DNA of 60,237 bases, counting the filler, from Sphacelaria rigidula (lineage: Eukaryota), in the NCBI GenBank assembly GCA_964200075.2. It is 8 parts of 8 records of this genome, joined end to end, with 100 filler letters (N's around TTAATTAATTAA, not from the genome) between each part and the next. Parts side by side here need not be neighbours in the genome. Positions count along the whole stretch, not along the records: positions 22,630 to 30,071 come from CAXNAA020014898.1; positions 30,172 to 37,613 come from CAXNAA020014899.1; 6 more parts are not named here. One strand, given 5' to 3'. The translations under genes and the position numbers were made by a program. The notes under the pieces are model-generated. The model saw only the letters and a list, made by a program, of their open reading frames with translations. It was not told the DNA's origin and searched no databases. Shown here in pieces: positions 24,739-37,713 of this stretch (positions are counted from its first letter, which is position 1; each line of letters starts with the position of its first letter).

Positions 24739-25710
24739 TAATATAATACCCTCGAAATGGCTCATGCACTCCGCTCCTCGACATCTTAGAGGATACCTCT
24801 CAACCTGAAGTGAATAACCGCCGGAAACACTCTTCTTGCTTGTCGCCAAGTAGTGGGACCACCCAGCTTGTAGGGTCCGGCTCGGTGATGTAACCCGAAC
24901 TCAGTACATCAAGCCACACGGGATAATTTCCAAAACACGCATCCTAATGGTTCTTCTGCAGCACATGTATACGTGCGTTCTAGATCACAATTTTGGGCAC
25001 ATGTGTGTATATCGCAAAAAAAAGAGACCTCAGTACAGATCAAAAAATGATTCACGACAAAAGATCACGACAGCTCAAAACACACTTGTCTGTTCCGACC
25101 ATGATGGGAAGAAAAAAAAAAATGGATCATGACGATCAATTTACGAACACGTTTACGCACAATACAGTAGTTGTCTCGGAATCCCCCAGATAAGCACATT
25201 TTCATGACCCATCATTTGACATGGATTTTGCTGACGAGGGCAGGAGAAAATATATCTTCGGTCTTATCAACTACAGCAATGATGACGTGTAACATACACC
25301 GCTTTTGTTCCCACCTGAATCGAGTTGATACCCCTCAGCGACTCGATACGGATCGTGCCCCCCGCCACACTGAGGAATGGACGTACTCCGTCCAGCACCT
25401 TCTCGATCTCCTCCTCCTGCAAGGGGGCACAAGACCAGTATCAAGCAAAAGGGATGGATGAGTACCGAACCATTTAGGAAAACTCATCGCTGCTGATGAG
25501 CGTAGGTTGTGTTCTCTTGTTGCATTCGGCTGTGTTGTGTTTTGTTGGTTGTTTGTCGTCCTGCAACAGGAAAAATAACCAGTATTTGCGAACATGTCAA
25601 GGTTTACTAATCGTGTAAATAATGGGAAACCGACTGCGTAACATCCTCATGTATGTATCGGTCATACCCCAGTGTCTGCAAAGGCCATACTCCAGTACGT
25701 GTACGTGTAC

Positions 25711-25775
<65 letters not shown>

Positions 25776-25809
25776 GGTCCAGTACATGCCAATGTTTGGT
25801 CTACCAAGG

Positions 25810-26770
25810 GGTGTTGAGATGGCACATATAACACTGAGCGAAAACGTCGGCGCTGACTGTTTAGCTCGGAGGTACTCGATCAAAGCGAAGGTGAACATGC
25901 ATCACTCCGGTACGAAAAGCGCAGACAGCCCGCTTGCACCATGCATTTCGGCGAGCGCGGCGGTGATTAGAGGGGCAGCCACCACGGGGTTACCACCACG
26001 GTTCGATGACCTCTTGATGACCATCGAGATCACACGGACGTGTACCAGAACGTTAGGTGTGGACATAGCGGGGTAAACTATAGTCAGCGCTGACTGTTTA
26101 CCTTAAAGCTACCTGTGTGATCTCTACAAGAGCCTACGGTTCAGCTCAGTGGTATCTGTGTGACATCTCGACAAGAGCTAATCCCGGGGTCCTTCAAGCC
26201 GTTAAGCCATCGGACCCCGGTGCTCACCCTAGGGTTGCTGCCCCTGTAAAAAGTGCCGCGCTGATCCAAACCCATAGTGGGAGCAAGCTATCTATGCTTC
26301 TTCCTACCAGAGTAGTGCATACTCATCGTCAATTTCTCGGCGATTACCGGAAGCAGTGAACCGGGGGTCGGTCAGTACCTGCTCTGGGGTAGGCATATCG
26401 GCGGGTGCTTTGCTGAATAGTCTACGAAGCATGTCTTCATAAACTACTCAGCAAAGCACCCGTTCTATAGGCCTACCCCAGAGAAGGCACTAAACGACCC
26501 TTCGTTTTCTCCTTCCAGTGACGGCCAACACGTCACGGTGAGTATGCATCACTCTGATCGGAAAAAGCACAGAGAGCCTGCTTGTACCATGGATCTGGGC
26601 GACCACGGCACTTTTTAGAGGGGCAATAACCGTAGGGTGAACACCGGGGTCCGAACGCACAACAACCTGAAGGACCCCGGGATAAGCGTTTTTAAGATGA
26701 CACAGATACCACTGAGCGAAACAGTCAAGCGCTGGCTGTCTAGCTCAGTGGTATATGTGACATCTTCTTC
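25810..26770. repeat. Array of nested imperfect palindromes
   Basis: Arms 26130-26430 and 26436-26735 are reverse complements around gaagcatgtcttc. Further symmetry centres (ggcgct/agcgct) near 25852, 26088 and 26731. 25897-26003 is a direct repeat of 26545-26653. Confidence 0.85.
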
Positions 26771-28455
26771 TAAGAAGGGAGCATGTTTGCACGTTGAAAA
26801 ACTGCCCCTTGAATATAAGCACTGACCACAACGCATCAACTCCAAGATTCCTTTGCTACCCACCCCTGATTTATGCGATCAAAAAATCAAACTGTTTCAA
26901 ATGTGAGAGAAGTACATCCCTGGTGAAAATCTCATGCTGTCGCAAAATCTCTGCCGCGTGTAGCAAAGGGGGGGAGACAAGCCGGTTCGAGCGCAATATA
27001 CCACAACTCATATACCTGTCGAACGGGTTGTTGCCTGGCACAAAAATGGTGACAAAATACGCGGGAGCAATTAAAAAAACGTACAGGACGCGAATTGTTG
27101 AGGACGTAATATAGATGTACGAACGTAATTCACAGCCCTCGAGACTTTCATGAAAGTCCTCGCAGACGCAAGGGCTGCTGAGATGTGTCACTCATCGCGG
27201 TCAAGTGCGGGAATAGGGAATTAATTGGCTTGGCTCACCCAGCTGAGTCGCCCTCCACTTTCACCGCAGCAGCGGAAACTTTTCTTGAATTTTGAACACA
27301 TGGAGCCTCCCGTACTTCGCGATCGGAACATTCATCGCCCACAGGTGACAAACCGCGGATCCTAACGGTGCTTGCAGTGAGTGCCAACAGCTGTGCTGTT
27401 TAAAGGCCCTGTCTTACCGAAACGGAAGGAAAGAGAGGTGAGAAACGTAGCAAGCGTCCAAAAGCAAAAATGTCCATTCGTCGCCGGGCGGACCCATGGT
27501 TGCTGCGACCAATCAACATTCTGCTTTCGGGCACTTGTTTCATTTTGCACTTCTTATTTTTTTTCCCACATCTCGATAAGACACAGCCAAAGCACCGCCA
27601 GAAATCACCAGAGACCAACCTTGGCACCTTGGGCAACGGCAATGGATTACATGGGCAAATAGTGTACTATGTGCAGTATCGAATCTACCGCATAATACGA
27701 TGCACAATCGATTGGATAATCCACGCACATGTCTCCTTGTCGAGGCATAACCCATTGTCCAGAGTGTGTAAGACACTACTGTGACGAGTAACACACTGGA
27801 ACATCACCACATATGTATATTTATATATAGCTGTTTCTTTTACGTACCGTAGGGGGAAGAAGCGGTTGAAGCTTTTGGAATAATCTGGCCAGGGATCATG
27901 GTTTTACGTACCCTCACGACGTTCTCAAGACAGTCAAGTCATCCAGTACAGTCGGCACCCCGCATGGTTTTTATTTCATTTGTTTTCCTCATTATTTCGC
28001 CATAAGATGTGTCATTCTCAACCCTTCAACCGCCAGGGTAGGTTATCTTTTCCATCATCATAACATATTTTCCATCCGAGGGTCTGTCAAAAATATATTT
28101 TGGGACACGTGAGCTTTAAGATAAAAAATTCGAGTTTTTGAGGTGGGGGGACACCCAGCCTGCTGTTACCTAGTTTTTTTGCCGAGGCGTTGGCGGACGT
28201 GGTCAGCCGCCGTGTGCAGAGCTTCTTGGCATGGACACCGCTGAGACGGCAGACACACCGCCCCTCCAAGTTCATCATCTACCGTGATTACGTTTATGTG
28301 ATCATGTTCCGTGTCGTGTGCCTCGACAACTCACCGCCATGAACTGGGCCAGCCTGGACACCGATTTCAGCTGAACCCCCATGTATTAATCGTCCAACCA
28401 AGGGGAAGGTGCCCATCTGCTCAAAAGTTTGGGCCCAAACTTTCTTGTTGGTTAA

Positions 28456-28553
28456 CCCTTGGACCGCGAGGGTAGTCTTTCTGTATAATGCATACTTTTC
28501 TCAAGTGAGATTGCTGCCGACTCAACAGATTACCTACTCTCGCTGTCTAAGGA
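28456..28553. mobile_element. ~100-bp piggyBac-type MITE
   Basis: TTAA|cccttggaccgcgagggtag...ctactctcgctgtctaagga|TTAA. Confidence 0.8.
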
Positions 28554-29301
28554 TTAAACCCCATGTCTGGTAATTCCTACACCTGACTGAGATAGCGTAC
28601 ACACTGAAATCTCTACGAAACCCCCGATCGATGCATTCAGCGGATGGCGACGAATTTTAGTGTGGGCACTCCCTGGAGCACGGGGAGACGATAGATACCT
28701 TCACCTTCACCTCATTCGTCATGTATCTCGAGATATGACGCACATAAGTTTCGTTACTGAAATCAGTATATAACGAGCAGAGGCACGAGATGAACTACAC
28801 CTGGATATCGCGTCTCAGTTTTTGAGAGTTATGCTATGAAATTTTATATGGAGAACCGATGATGCATAATAAAGCCAAAAAAACAGCTTTTTCATTTTTT
28901 TTCGTTTTTTCAAAAACAAAAGAGTCCGTTTATAGGGCAGTTTTAAGGAGAAGTGAACACTGCTCTTGGGCCCAATCTCAACTTCTTAGCTCAAGTTTTG
29001 AAATTGTGATTTGAAACTCAGGATAAAAACCACAGAGGTATGCTGGATTGAAAAAAAATGGTCCCTCGTTTGTTTTTGGGAGGAGAGGTTCGGGCGTTCT
29101 CGTGAAAAAAAAATCATTTCCGTACTAAAACGCCCTCAACCAGTGAAAAAAATACAAGAAAAAAAAACTGACCCACTTTGTTTCGTCAATTATGCCCTAG
29201 CAACGGCCCACACAAAGTTTCAATACACAAACACCTACCGTGGGCCGGTAAGTGCCCTGCAAAATACTGTTCTGAATGTATTCTGACCCCGTCACTAAAC
29301 A

Positions 29302-29570
29302 GCCCATTGCACGGCCAATATTCAGAGTTGGACCCTCAAATTTGGTATGGACAATGAATTGGGCATGATAAAAACAAATACCGTTGCATAAAAGGTTTTT
29401 TTGTTTTCATCAGTTGAGGGCAATAATAAGTTTCCAGGTATCAGTAAAATGCCCTCAACTCATGAAAACAAAAAAAACTTGTGTGCACTGGTATTTGTTT
29501 ATATTATGCCCTATTTATCGTCCATACCACATTTCAGGGTCCAACTCTAAATATTTGCCGTACAATGGGC
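29302..29570. mobile_element. Foldback MITE
   Basis: gcccattgcacggccaatattcagagttggaccct... mirrored by ...agggtccaactctaaatatttgccgtacaatgggc; arms ~120 bp, short spacer. Confidence 0.85.
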
Positions 29571-30071
29571 CTGCAAATTACAAATTCGCTTCTCGGCTGG
29601 CCCAGCTCGTAGTATTCCGGGAAAATTTGGCGAGGTGTGAGATAATGTTGCTACTTTGGCCACAGACTGTCGCTACCGTGCGCTCGTGTATTGTATATAG
29701 ATGTGTGTGAGCGTTGCCGGCATTCGAGGTCATAGGGACAGGGCGGGCAAGGAGCAGAAGCAAATATACGAACCTCGCAAAATTTCGCCAGACTTTTCGA
29801 TTCTTGTCAGTGTTCGTTGATCATTTTTTTTTTTCAAGTTCAACAACAAAAAAAAGTGAATAATCATGGCAATTTTCGAAAAATTGCCCGCCGGGAGAAG
29901 GGGGGACGGGGGGGTCTCCGTGTCCGAAAAATATGTCTTGACACACCCTTGTTCCATCCGAGAAAATGGATCGACAAACCCACATGAGAGTAACCCCCCC
30001 TCCCCCCCCCCCCCCCCGCCCCCCCGATCGTTAAAACCTCTCTCAGGCATACAACAGCTCCATCTTCTCCC

Positions 30072-30171
30072 NNNNNNNNNNNNNNNNNNNNNNNNNNNNN
30101 NNNNNNNNNNNNNNNTTAATTAATTAANNNNNNNNNNNNNNNNNNNNNNNNNNNNNNNNNNNNNNNNNNNN
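30072..30171. other. Artificial contig linker
   Basis: 44 N + TTAATTAATTAA + 44 N. Confidence 0.98.
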
Positions 30172-30539
30172 CACCGCATTCGTTAGGTGCACCTAGCCAC
30201 AGCTGTTTAGACGCTGCGGACATTTGGGGGGAAGATGGCTTCGCTCGGTCGTGAGTGTTTCGCATCATCCCTGCAAAAGAGAAATGGCACTTGAAACTCA
30301 TTTTGTAGATGAACCCCATTTTTTAGGATCCATTGTTACATACTGCTTGCTACATGAGATGTACATTACCTAATGCGCACTCTGGACCTGAAAATAGATT
30401 GGATGAAACTTTCGGTCTTCCTTATAACCCTGCGGTAACATACGCAGATTTGCAGCAACATGCCACCGTTTCGTGCAGACGTCAGACACGCCATTCATGG
30501 CCAGCCTTATTGGTCGTTGCCCGGTCCCAAAGGCGTTAA

Positions 30540-30850
30540 TTTTTCCCACGACGAGCAATGACTCGATTGCTCGCCCTATTTTGTTTTTCTCCACAACGAA
30601 CGATGACTCGAGTGCTCGCCCTGCTAATTTCTTTCCACAACGAATAATGACTCGAGTGCTTTCCCTCTTACTTTTTCCCCACAACTAGCAACGCCTCGAG
30701 TGCTCGCTCTATCAACTTTTTCCACAACGAGCAATGACTAGAGCGCTCGCCCTATCAATTTGTTCCACAACGAGGAGCAACGACTCGAGTGCTCGCCATA
30801 TCAATCTTTTCCACCACGAGCAATGACTCGAGTGCTCGCTCTATTACCTT
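30540..30850. repeat. Minisatellite, ~41-45-bp unit, about 7 copies
   Basis: Unit approximately ttttccacaacgagcaatgactcgagtgctcgccctatcaa. Confidence 0.9.
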
Positions 30851-32898
30851 TTACGGCCAACGAACAGCCCGACGACGGCGAGTGCCACGAGTCACACTCG
30901 TGCCCGTCCGACATGTGCAGAATTGCCGGCCAATGAAACCCCCTGCTGTTTTTTCTGATATAAAAAGAATCATTTTATTTGTGCGCGAAACTTCACAGAT
31001 TTCTTTGTTCCTCCGTTGCAAAGAAGATATGACTACTCTCACGAGGACCACGGGGGACATTTGTCCACTTGAGCAAATAAAAGATACTTTGCGGAATTTC
31101 CCTCGCACCCAACATTCGTGATGTACGTCATTGAACCCGGAGGTACGCATATATCGCATGGGCTCCTACATGGACCGTCAAGATAAATGATCACGACACA
31201 AACTGGAAGATGTGGAATTTGCTGGAGCAATTGATTACAGAAGCCGTATACCTGCACGCTAGTAAGATTCCACACCAGTGTGCACACATGGGGCAGTACG
31301 TCGGTTTTCTTCACAACATGGAAATTGACCTAGCTTCATCGTGAAGCCCCGTTATTCGAGTCCCAGTTAGCTACAGGAGCCGCGCACATCAAAACACAGG
31401 GAAACATGTACAACTCATGAGCGGATGTTCTTTCGAACAAACATGATCCACATCGCGAAACCAATCTGCTGCCATCAAAGGAAATGAATGATGCTGACAA
31501 CATTGACGTACGTGCTGTGTTCTCCAACACTGTCGAATAGCTCCATACTCAGTACACACCGCCGAGTACAACACAATACGAGGGGACAACATCTACAAAT
31601 CCCGTTCAGGGCTAACATAGGGAAAGACGTACACCTCACACTCGGGTGTTTTCCTAGAGAGACGCGATAAAATAAGAGCAAAATTACCCTACTCCCGTTA
31701 CCGAAAACAACATTTGAAAAAATGAAAAAACAACAACAGTCTTTTTATTCCAACTCTGCACCCCAACAACAAACAAGGGGAAACCACTTACAGCGGAAAT
31801 GCAGGAAATACGTACACCTCAAGCGCGGGTGTTCCCATAAACACAAGTGTTTTCCACTCCAAAATCACTCTACTACGATCGCCGAAATAGATCAATACAA
31901 ACGTTCACGAACGCGTGTGCCACCTTCAAACATCAACTCCCCGTATACCCAGGGGATCACAACAACAAGCAACGGGACCAACTCTACGAATCACGTTAAC
32001 GGCGAACACAGGAGAACGCGTACAACTCACGCGCGGGTGTTCTCATACACGCACCTGAATACCACTCCAGAACCACTCTACTGCATTAACGGGAAACGGG
32101 TACTGCCTACCCTGGACGGCAACTCCTTGTATGCTGGGTGATCACAGTAGAAACCCAGACCATCACACTCAAAAATCACGAACGAGGTGGTTCTTTCTTT
32201 CACAGGCACACAACGTCAACCGCTGACCTTGTATGCGAACGGAAGATAGCTCTACATAGGATTAGTTCTTCGGGATTTCTCTTACTGTCCAACGGCCAAC
32301 CTACTACCATACCAAGATGAATACAAACGGGTCGCCTGCGGCGATTTATCGTGCCTTGAAACGCGGAACTTCCTCTGTTATCTCAAGCCAAGGAACACAC
32401 CGCAACTGAAACCGGTCCCGTCTCAACACTGTCTAGGCCACGGAACCCTCTGCCACACAGACGACGTACAAGCAAGACGAAATCGACCAGTCAACAAAAC
32501 ACAACGGCGCCCGGCGCTGTCTCTTATGCTCAACATGCACCTTTACACCAAAAATACGACAAATCGAGAGCTGTTCTTTGTCCATACCACAACCAAAGGC
32601 ATTCACTGCACCCCCGAATGAAGTACCTTCTCGAGTACAATCTCAAGAGGTTGAAATCGAGCAAACCAGGCACGGAGGGCTGGACAAGAGCCCATGTTTC
32701 CCAGTCTGCCGCCGATGGAATACTACACGAGAACGTGCAGTCATACATTCAACCAACACATGACACGTTGGCCGTTTGCCCCAAATGTGGCCGGTTAGCT
32801 TGTTGCTTCTCCTTTTTCGTCATACCTCTGACGCCCCTCCTCCCCTTCCCGGGATAGGTTCATAATCTCAAGAGATCAGCCTACTTTTCCCACATAAA

Positions 32899-32992
32899 TG
32901 TTCCGTCTTAAAATGGATGCGTGGTCAAAGGATCAGACGGTTAAGGCGAGCAACTTATGAGCACGCCCCTGCCCCCCCCCCCCCCCCCCCCC
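32899..32992 (+). mobile_element. Poly(C)-tailed micro-retroposon, diverged full-length copy
   Basis: tgttccgtcttaaaatggatgcgtggtcaa...ttaaggcgagcaacttatgagcacg followed by a long C-run; cataaa on both flanks. Confidence 0.75.
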
Positions 32993-35089
32993 GGCCATAA
33001 AGTGCACCAACATTTTGGTACCGTGGAGTGGATCAGCACTCCAAGATCGCGGCGAAACTCGTCACTCCTTCCTTGCCCCCCCGACCTCCTCACGTTTTCA
33101 TGACAGCAACCAGTTGCTTCCCCGAAAATGAAGAAAAAATCCCATCTACTGGGATTCGAGACCTCGACGTACCGCCCTCACCGGGTTGAACATATGCCTG
33201 CCTGACGACCGGAACGCCGTGGCTGTGATTCACGAATTGCTTATATTCACTCGAAGTCGGCGGGACGCGCTTGGACGCCGGCAACGTGTCCACCGAAGCC
33301 ATCGGCCCTATAGGCGGACTGCCTTTGCACGATGAACCCACAATCTATTTAGTAGTACACGGGGCCTCCACCCATATCTCGACGAAACACGATTACAGCG
33401 ACCCTGAAGTGCGCCGCCCACCAACCATATTCGACGCAGGGAAGTGTTCTGTAAATCACCTGAGCGACCATGGAACAACCTCACGTGCGAGTGACTATGC
33501 TCAACTTGTCTTTTTGTGACAAAACGAATCAAGGGACATATCTAGTGAACGATCGGAAGTGATGCTGTTTGCTGGGATATCATGTCATCCCGTGCGCCCA
33601 GTACCTCTGTACGCCATCGAAGGGTCCGTAAAGTAACCCGTCGTTAATAATGACTCCATTGAAAAATCCGCGCACAAAAAACGCAACCAAGCCGTCAACC
33701 ATTCCATCCGAGGTCGCGACCCAACAGCTGGAACAGGCGCTCGTTGTGCGGACGGTAAAACTCTCGAAACACGCCTTCTGCCTCGAGCATCCGTTCGTAC
33801 CTGTCAAACAGTGTAGGCAGAGTGACGTCCACGTAAGCGTATGCCTAGCACAATGTCAGAAATGGTAGTCGTCGCGTGGTCCCCCCTTGTCGTGGACAAA
33901 GATTACATGTATCGACCAGCATGTTCTATAACAAGAAATAATTACGGTAGGGACCACACAATAACTAGATTCGCCCTCAGATTCCTTGAAATGAGACCAA
34001 ACAATTGAAAAATCGAACCCATAAAATATTGGCACGAGGAGGGCGACAATACGCCCCGAACACATGACAATCCCATCAACAAATAAGAACTCAAGCGAAG
34101 AGGTGGAGAGGTGAATACCATCTCCACATGGAAGCAAAATGCCCGAAAGTAGATAGCCGGCTGCCCCATAAAAGATGAAATGACGACATATCTGGACGCT
34201 GTGTCACATTAGATCGCTTCTTGTAGGAAAACAGCTTCTTGTCCTGACGGCACAACGTTTCGCCGTCTCATGTCTTGCAGACTAAAAACCACCTTGCTGA
34301 CACGAGTTTAATCCTCTTTCCAGTTCGCTAGTCTCTCAAGCTTCACAAAGGGCTCTTTACCAGGAATCAAACTGGGCGAGGGAAAAAGTCAAAATGACAC
34401 CATGAACCGCTGGTGTTCATAAGACAGATCCCAGTTGCTTCAGTTATCCGTGGGGCTTGATGTCAAGGAGGCCTTTGCGAAAGAACCGTAGCAGCCAAGC
34501 GGGTTGCAAACGTGAATGAAATTCCTTTCAGTGATGTGATGCATAGTACCCTCTACATGTGGCGGTGTAGTCCCTTCCCTGTTCTATGGCCCAGAACGCC
34601 ATGACATATCCCCGAGTCAAACATCCAAGGAAAAAGTAGCCTGTACAGATGGAGTGGCTCCATGCAAAAGTTTTGGTACAGCGCAGATTTTTCAACATTC
34701 AGGTCATCGTACGGGAGGCACCCATCCCTACATGCAGCATTCGTACACGGGGTGCTTATGTTGTCGCGGCCACAAAGGCAGCTGAAGTTAACCCAGGTTC
34801 CCTGCTTCAACATACCTGTCGAGCTCATATTGACGACCAGCCAGCAAAACATGCTAGAGTATTGCTTATTCGTCAGAATGCTACAACTGTGAAAAGAGTG
34901 AATCCCGTGTTTTGTTTGACGTCGAACTTGCTCAATCAGTAAACGGTTGTTGGGAGCACGTCAGAGGGTATAGGATCACGTGTGCTGAGAACAACAGCGG
35001 TTGTGCACTCTATTGAGCACATAGTTCCGAGCGCATCATGTACATGAAATACACAGCATTTGGTACGTACACCCACGCAATGCACTTAC

Positions 35090-35271
35090 AATCCGCCTTC
35101 GGCGAAAAACGCTTTGGTGCCCAAGTCTCGTGTGGTTCTCGAGCAATTTCCCGAGAACTTGTATCCGGGGACGTATTCGAAGTCGAAACTGGGCAGTCCC
35201 GCAAACGCCGCCACCGCTTTCACGGTCCCCACGAAGTCGCGAAACAGGTCCGCCGAATCCAAGATCATCAT
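35090..35271 (-). CDS. Sulfotransferase exon (heparan-sulfate sulfotransferase-like, C-terminal part)
   Basis: cag|ATG...TT|gtaagt. Encodes MMILDSADLFRDFVGTVKAVAAFAGLPSFDFEY..., in phase with the 36906-37070 exon. Confidence 0.8.
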
Positions 35272-36905
35272 CTGAGCAAATTGCGTCCAGTTCGAGGTTC
35301 AGGAGCGCGCAGGGGGGATAGAATCTGTGTCGCGCCAGTAGGAGACTGCATGCAACGCGACTAAACCGGTGGAGGTCTGATCTTGGCATCAGTGCTGTAG
35401 TTGAGAACGCGACTCCCTTCTGATAAGTTGACCCGCGCTACCATGGCACCATCGAACTGATCCACTCAAATCCAGACCACACGAACGAAGCAATATAATG
35501 ATATTTTCATCGCACGCGATAAGTAGTATACCTGACCTCACTAGACGAGAAGTTCTGCTCAATTAACACCATGAGCAGCACGTTTGATGCCGGGTGATTT
35601 GCGCTTGTACAGCGGTCTTTCAGCGTAGGAACACTCCATGACGTGTTCTGTAATGAACACACACTCAACATGATTGCGTACAATGAAGCTATCTCATTTT
35701 ATGCAGCTCGGTGTTAGCCAGCGTCGTTCGTATTATTTATTATCTTGGGCGGTGAGTGTATGACTTGGCCAACAAATTCAGCAGAACGCTTCCTCAGTTC
35801 CATGAGTCTCTGGGTGGTTGTGGGGTGCAGGTTATATCTCCCGGACAGAGGCGCTTACCATGCTAAATCGTGAGTTAGCACTGGTGTAGAGATAAAACTG
35901 TGGAAATGCTCGCAGAACAAGAGAAAGAAAGACAAATGTACTGTATACACAATTCCGGGTTCAAATCGACCCAATGCTCACCACGTGGAAACGTTTCGGC
36001 CAAAATCGACAGTTTTTATTTTCACCATTTTCATGCTGGCAAGAATGACTACGTGATGAGAGGGGTTTAGGACGAGACGTGGCTAGCCTCTGCTCAGGGA
36101 AAAAACTATAACGAATATACATATATATGACCAGGAACGCGAAAACAGCAAAACACACAATCTAGACCGATTCCGCGCCGACATTTTCACGCACATCAAT
36201 TCGGGGGGCTCCTTGGCATCCGGCCATCAGAACAAAAACAGGAAAAGGAAAACATGTTACTCGCGAGATACGGCCATGCGCAAAAAGACGTCTCGCCTCC
36301 AGAAACCACTTCCCCTTTCTGAGCAAAACCTTCGTCACGTATACCTGTTCCAGGAATTCGTTTTCAATCGTACCTTATCTGGGCCACCAGTCAGCCCAGA
36401 AGGTACCTATCCTGGGCCATCGCTTCTCACACTGTATCTGATGCGGCACACTGCAGGCAGGTGAATCTACGCGCCGACTCCAACCATGGCGCCCACACAT
36501 TCGGTTATTTTCCCGCTCATTTGCCGTTCACGGACACCACAACGACCACACCCCTTTCTCCCCGGCAATGGTTCTCGAGTCTCTCCGCATCGACACAAGA
36601 ACTGGACGCACAACTCACAACGTGTGGGTCTTTTGTGCTTGTTGAATATCGTGCCCTCCCCTCCCCACATCCTAACAATGCCACAGAGAAATAAAACAAA
36701 TATTTCATCGGACAAGATCTGGGGCCCGTACAAGCATAACCACCCACACGTATGAGACGGAGTATGACGGTACAACCAGCTAACACGAAACAGTATGTAA
36801 GTACTCCAGCAGGTTGCTGCTCGTATTTTTCTTCTCCAGCAACGGCTCAGCTTCCCGAGTTATTGTTGCCAAATTGTATTTTGCCCGCGGCTGCACGGTA
36901 AGTAC

Positions 36906-37070
36906 CTGTGATCGATCGTAGAGCCGGAACCATCTCTCCAGCTGATCTGCGTACAGCCCCCTTTGTACCGGGTTGTGCGGCTCCAGCTGTCCAGCGCACT
37001 TGATCAAGTCTTCTTCTTCCGCATGTTCACCCCGACATATCGCGGTGTAGGGTCGGTATTTTTTTGCCGC
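36906..37070 (-). CDS. Sulfotransferase exon
   Basis: CTAAC branch point and cag acceptor, gt donor; 55 codons ending VQRGLYADQLERWFRLYDRSQ, the RGLY...L.RW...F/Y...Q motif of HS3ST/NDST-type sulfotransferases. Confidence 0.85.
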
Positions 37071-37613
37071 CTGGGGTGCAATGGGATGTCTTTGTTAGCC
37101 GAGCGGCGGCGTTTACTTCCCGAGCCTGAACACTGCGAACAGGGCACCATTAGAAAGGCTATCAAAACATGATACAGCAAAGGAATTGTCTGAACGCGTC
37201 GAAGCAGGGGCATTTCTCGAACGCGACTACCTCGACCGCCGGGCGGCTGACAACGAAACGAGGGAAATCGATACATCTCTGCAACATCTTCGTAGAGCGG
37301 CATGCCCTAATCATCACAATCTTGTCCATGTTGGCACGTTCGTGCACCCTTTCCCCAGATCTGGGTTTTACCCGCTGGTCGCACCGGTGAGTCTCGTTCT
37401 GAATCGGCATCGCTTTCACCCGAAAAATTACCGGGAGGCCCAGATGACACCACTCTGGCTGTCACAGGATGAAGCTTTGCGCGGGAGAGCGCGGTGCTCG
37501 GCACTTGACCCACGAGTATATGCAAACGCATAAAAATAATAACCCATGCTGGTCACCGAATACTGCATCATCGTGTACGCTTGCTGGTGCATGACGGAGT
37601 CAGCCCAGGTATC

Positions 37614-37713
37614 NNNNNNNNNNNNNNNNNNNNNNNNNNNNNNNNNNNNNNNNNNNNTTAATTAATTAANNNNNNNNNNNNNNNNNNNNNNNNNNNNNNN
37701 NNNNNNNNNNNNN
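37614..37713. other. Artificial contig linker
   Basis: 44 N + TTAATTAATTAA + 44 N. Confidence 0.98.

Noticed and set aside
25480-25505. CTGATGA as a hammerhead ribozyme core
   Set aside because: No correctly placed stem II-GAAA-stem III; the motif pairs in a simple local hairpin (ctcatc/gatgag).
30540-30850. Second CRISPR-like array with palindromic core
   Set aside because: Units are contiguous with no unique spacers; an ordinary minisatellite.
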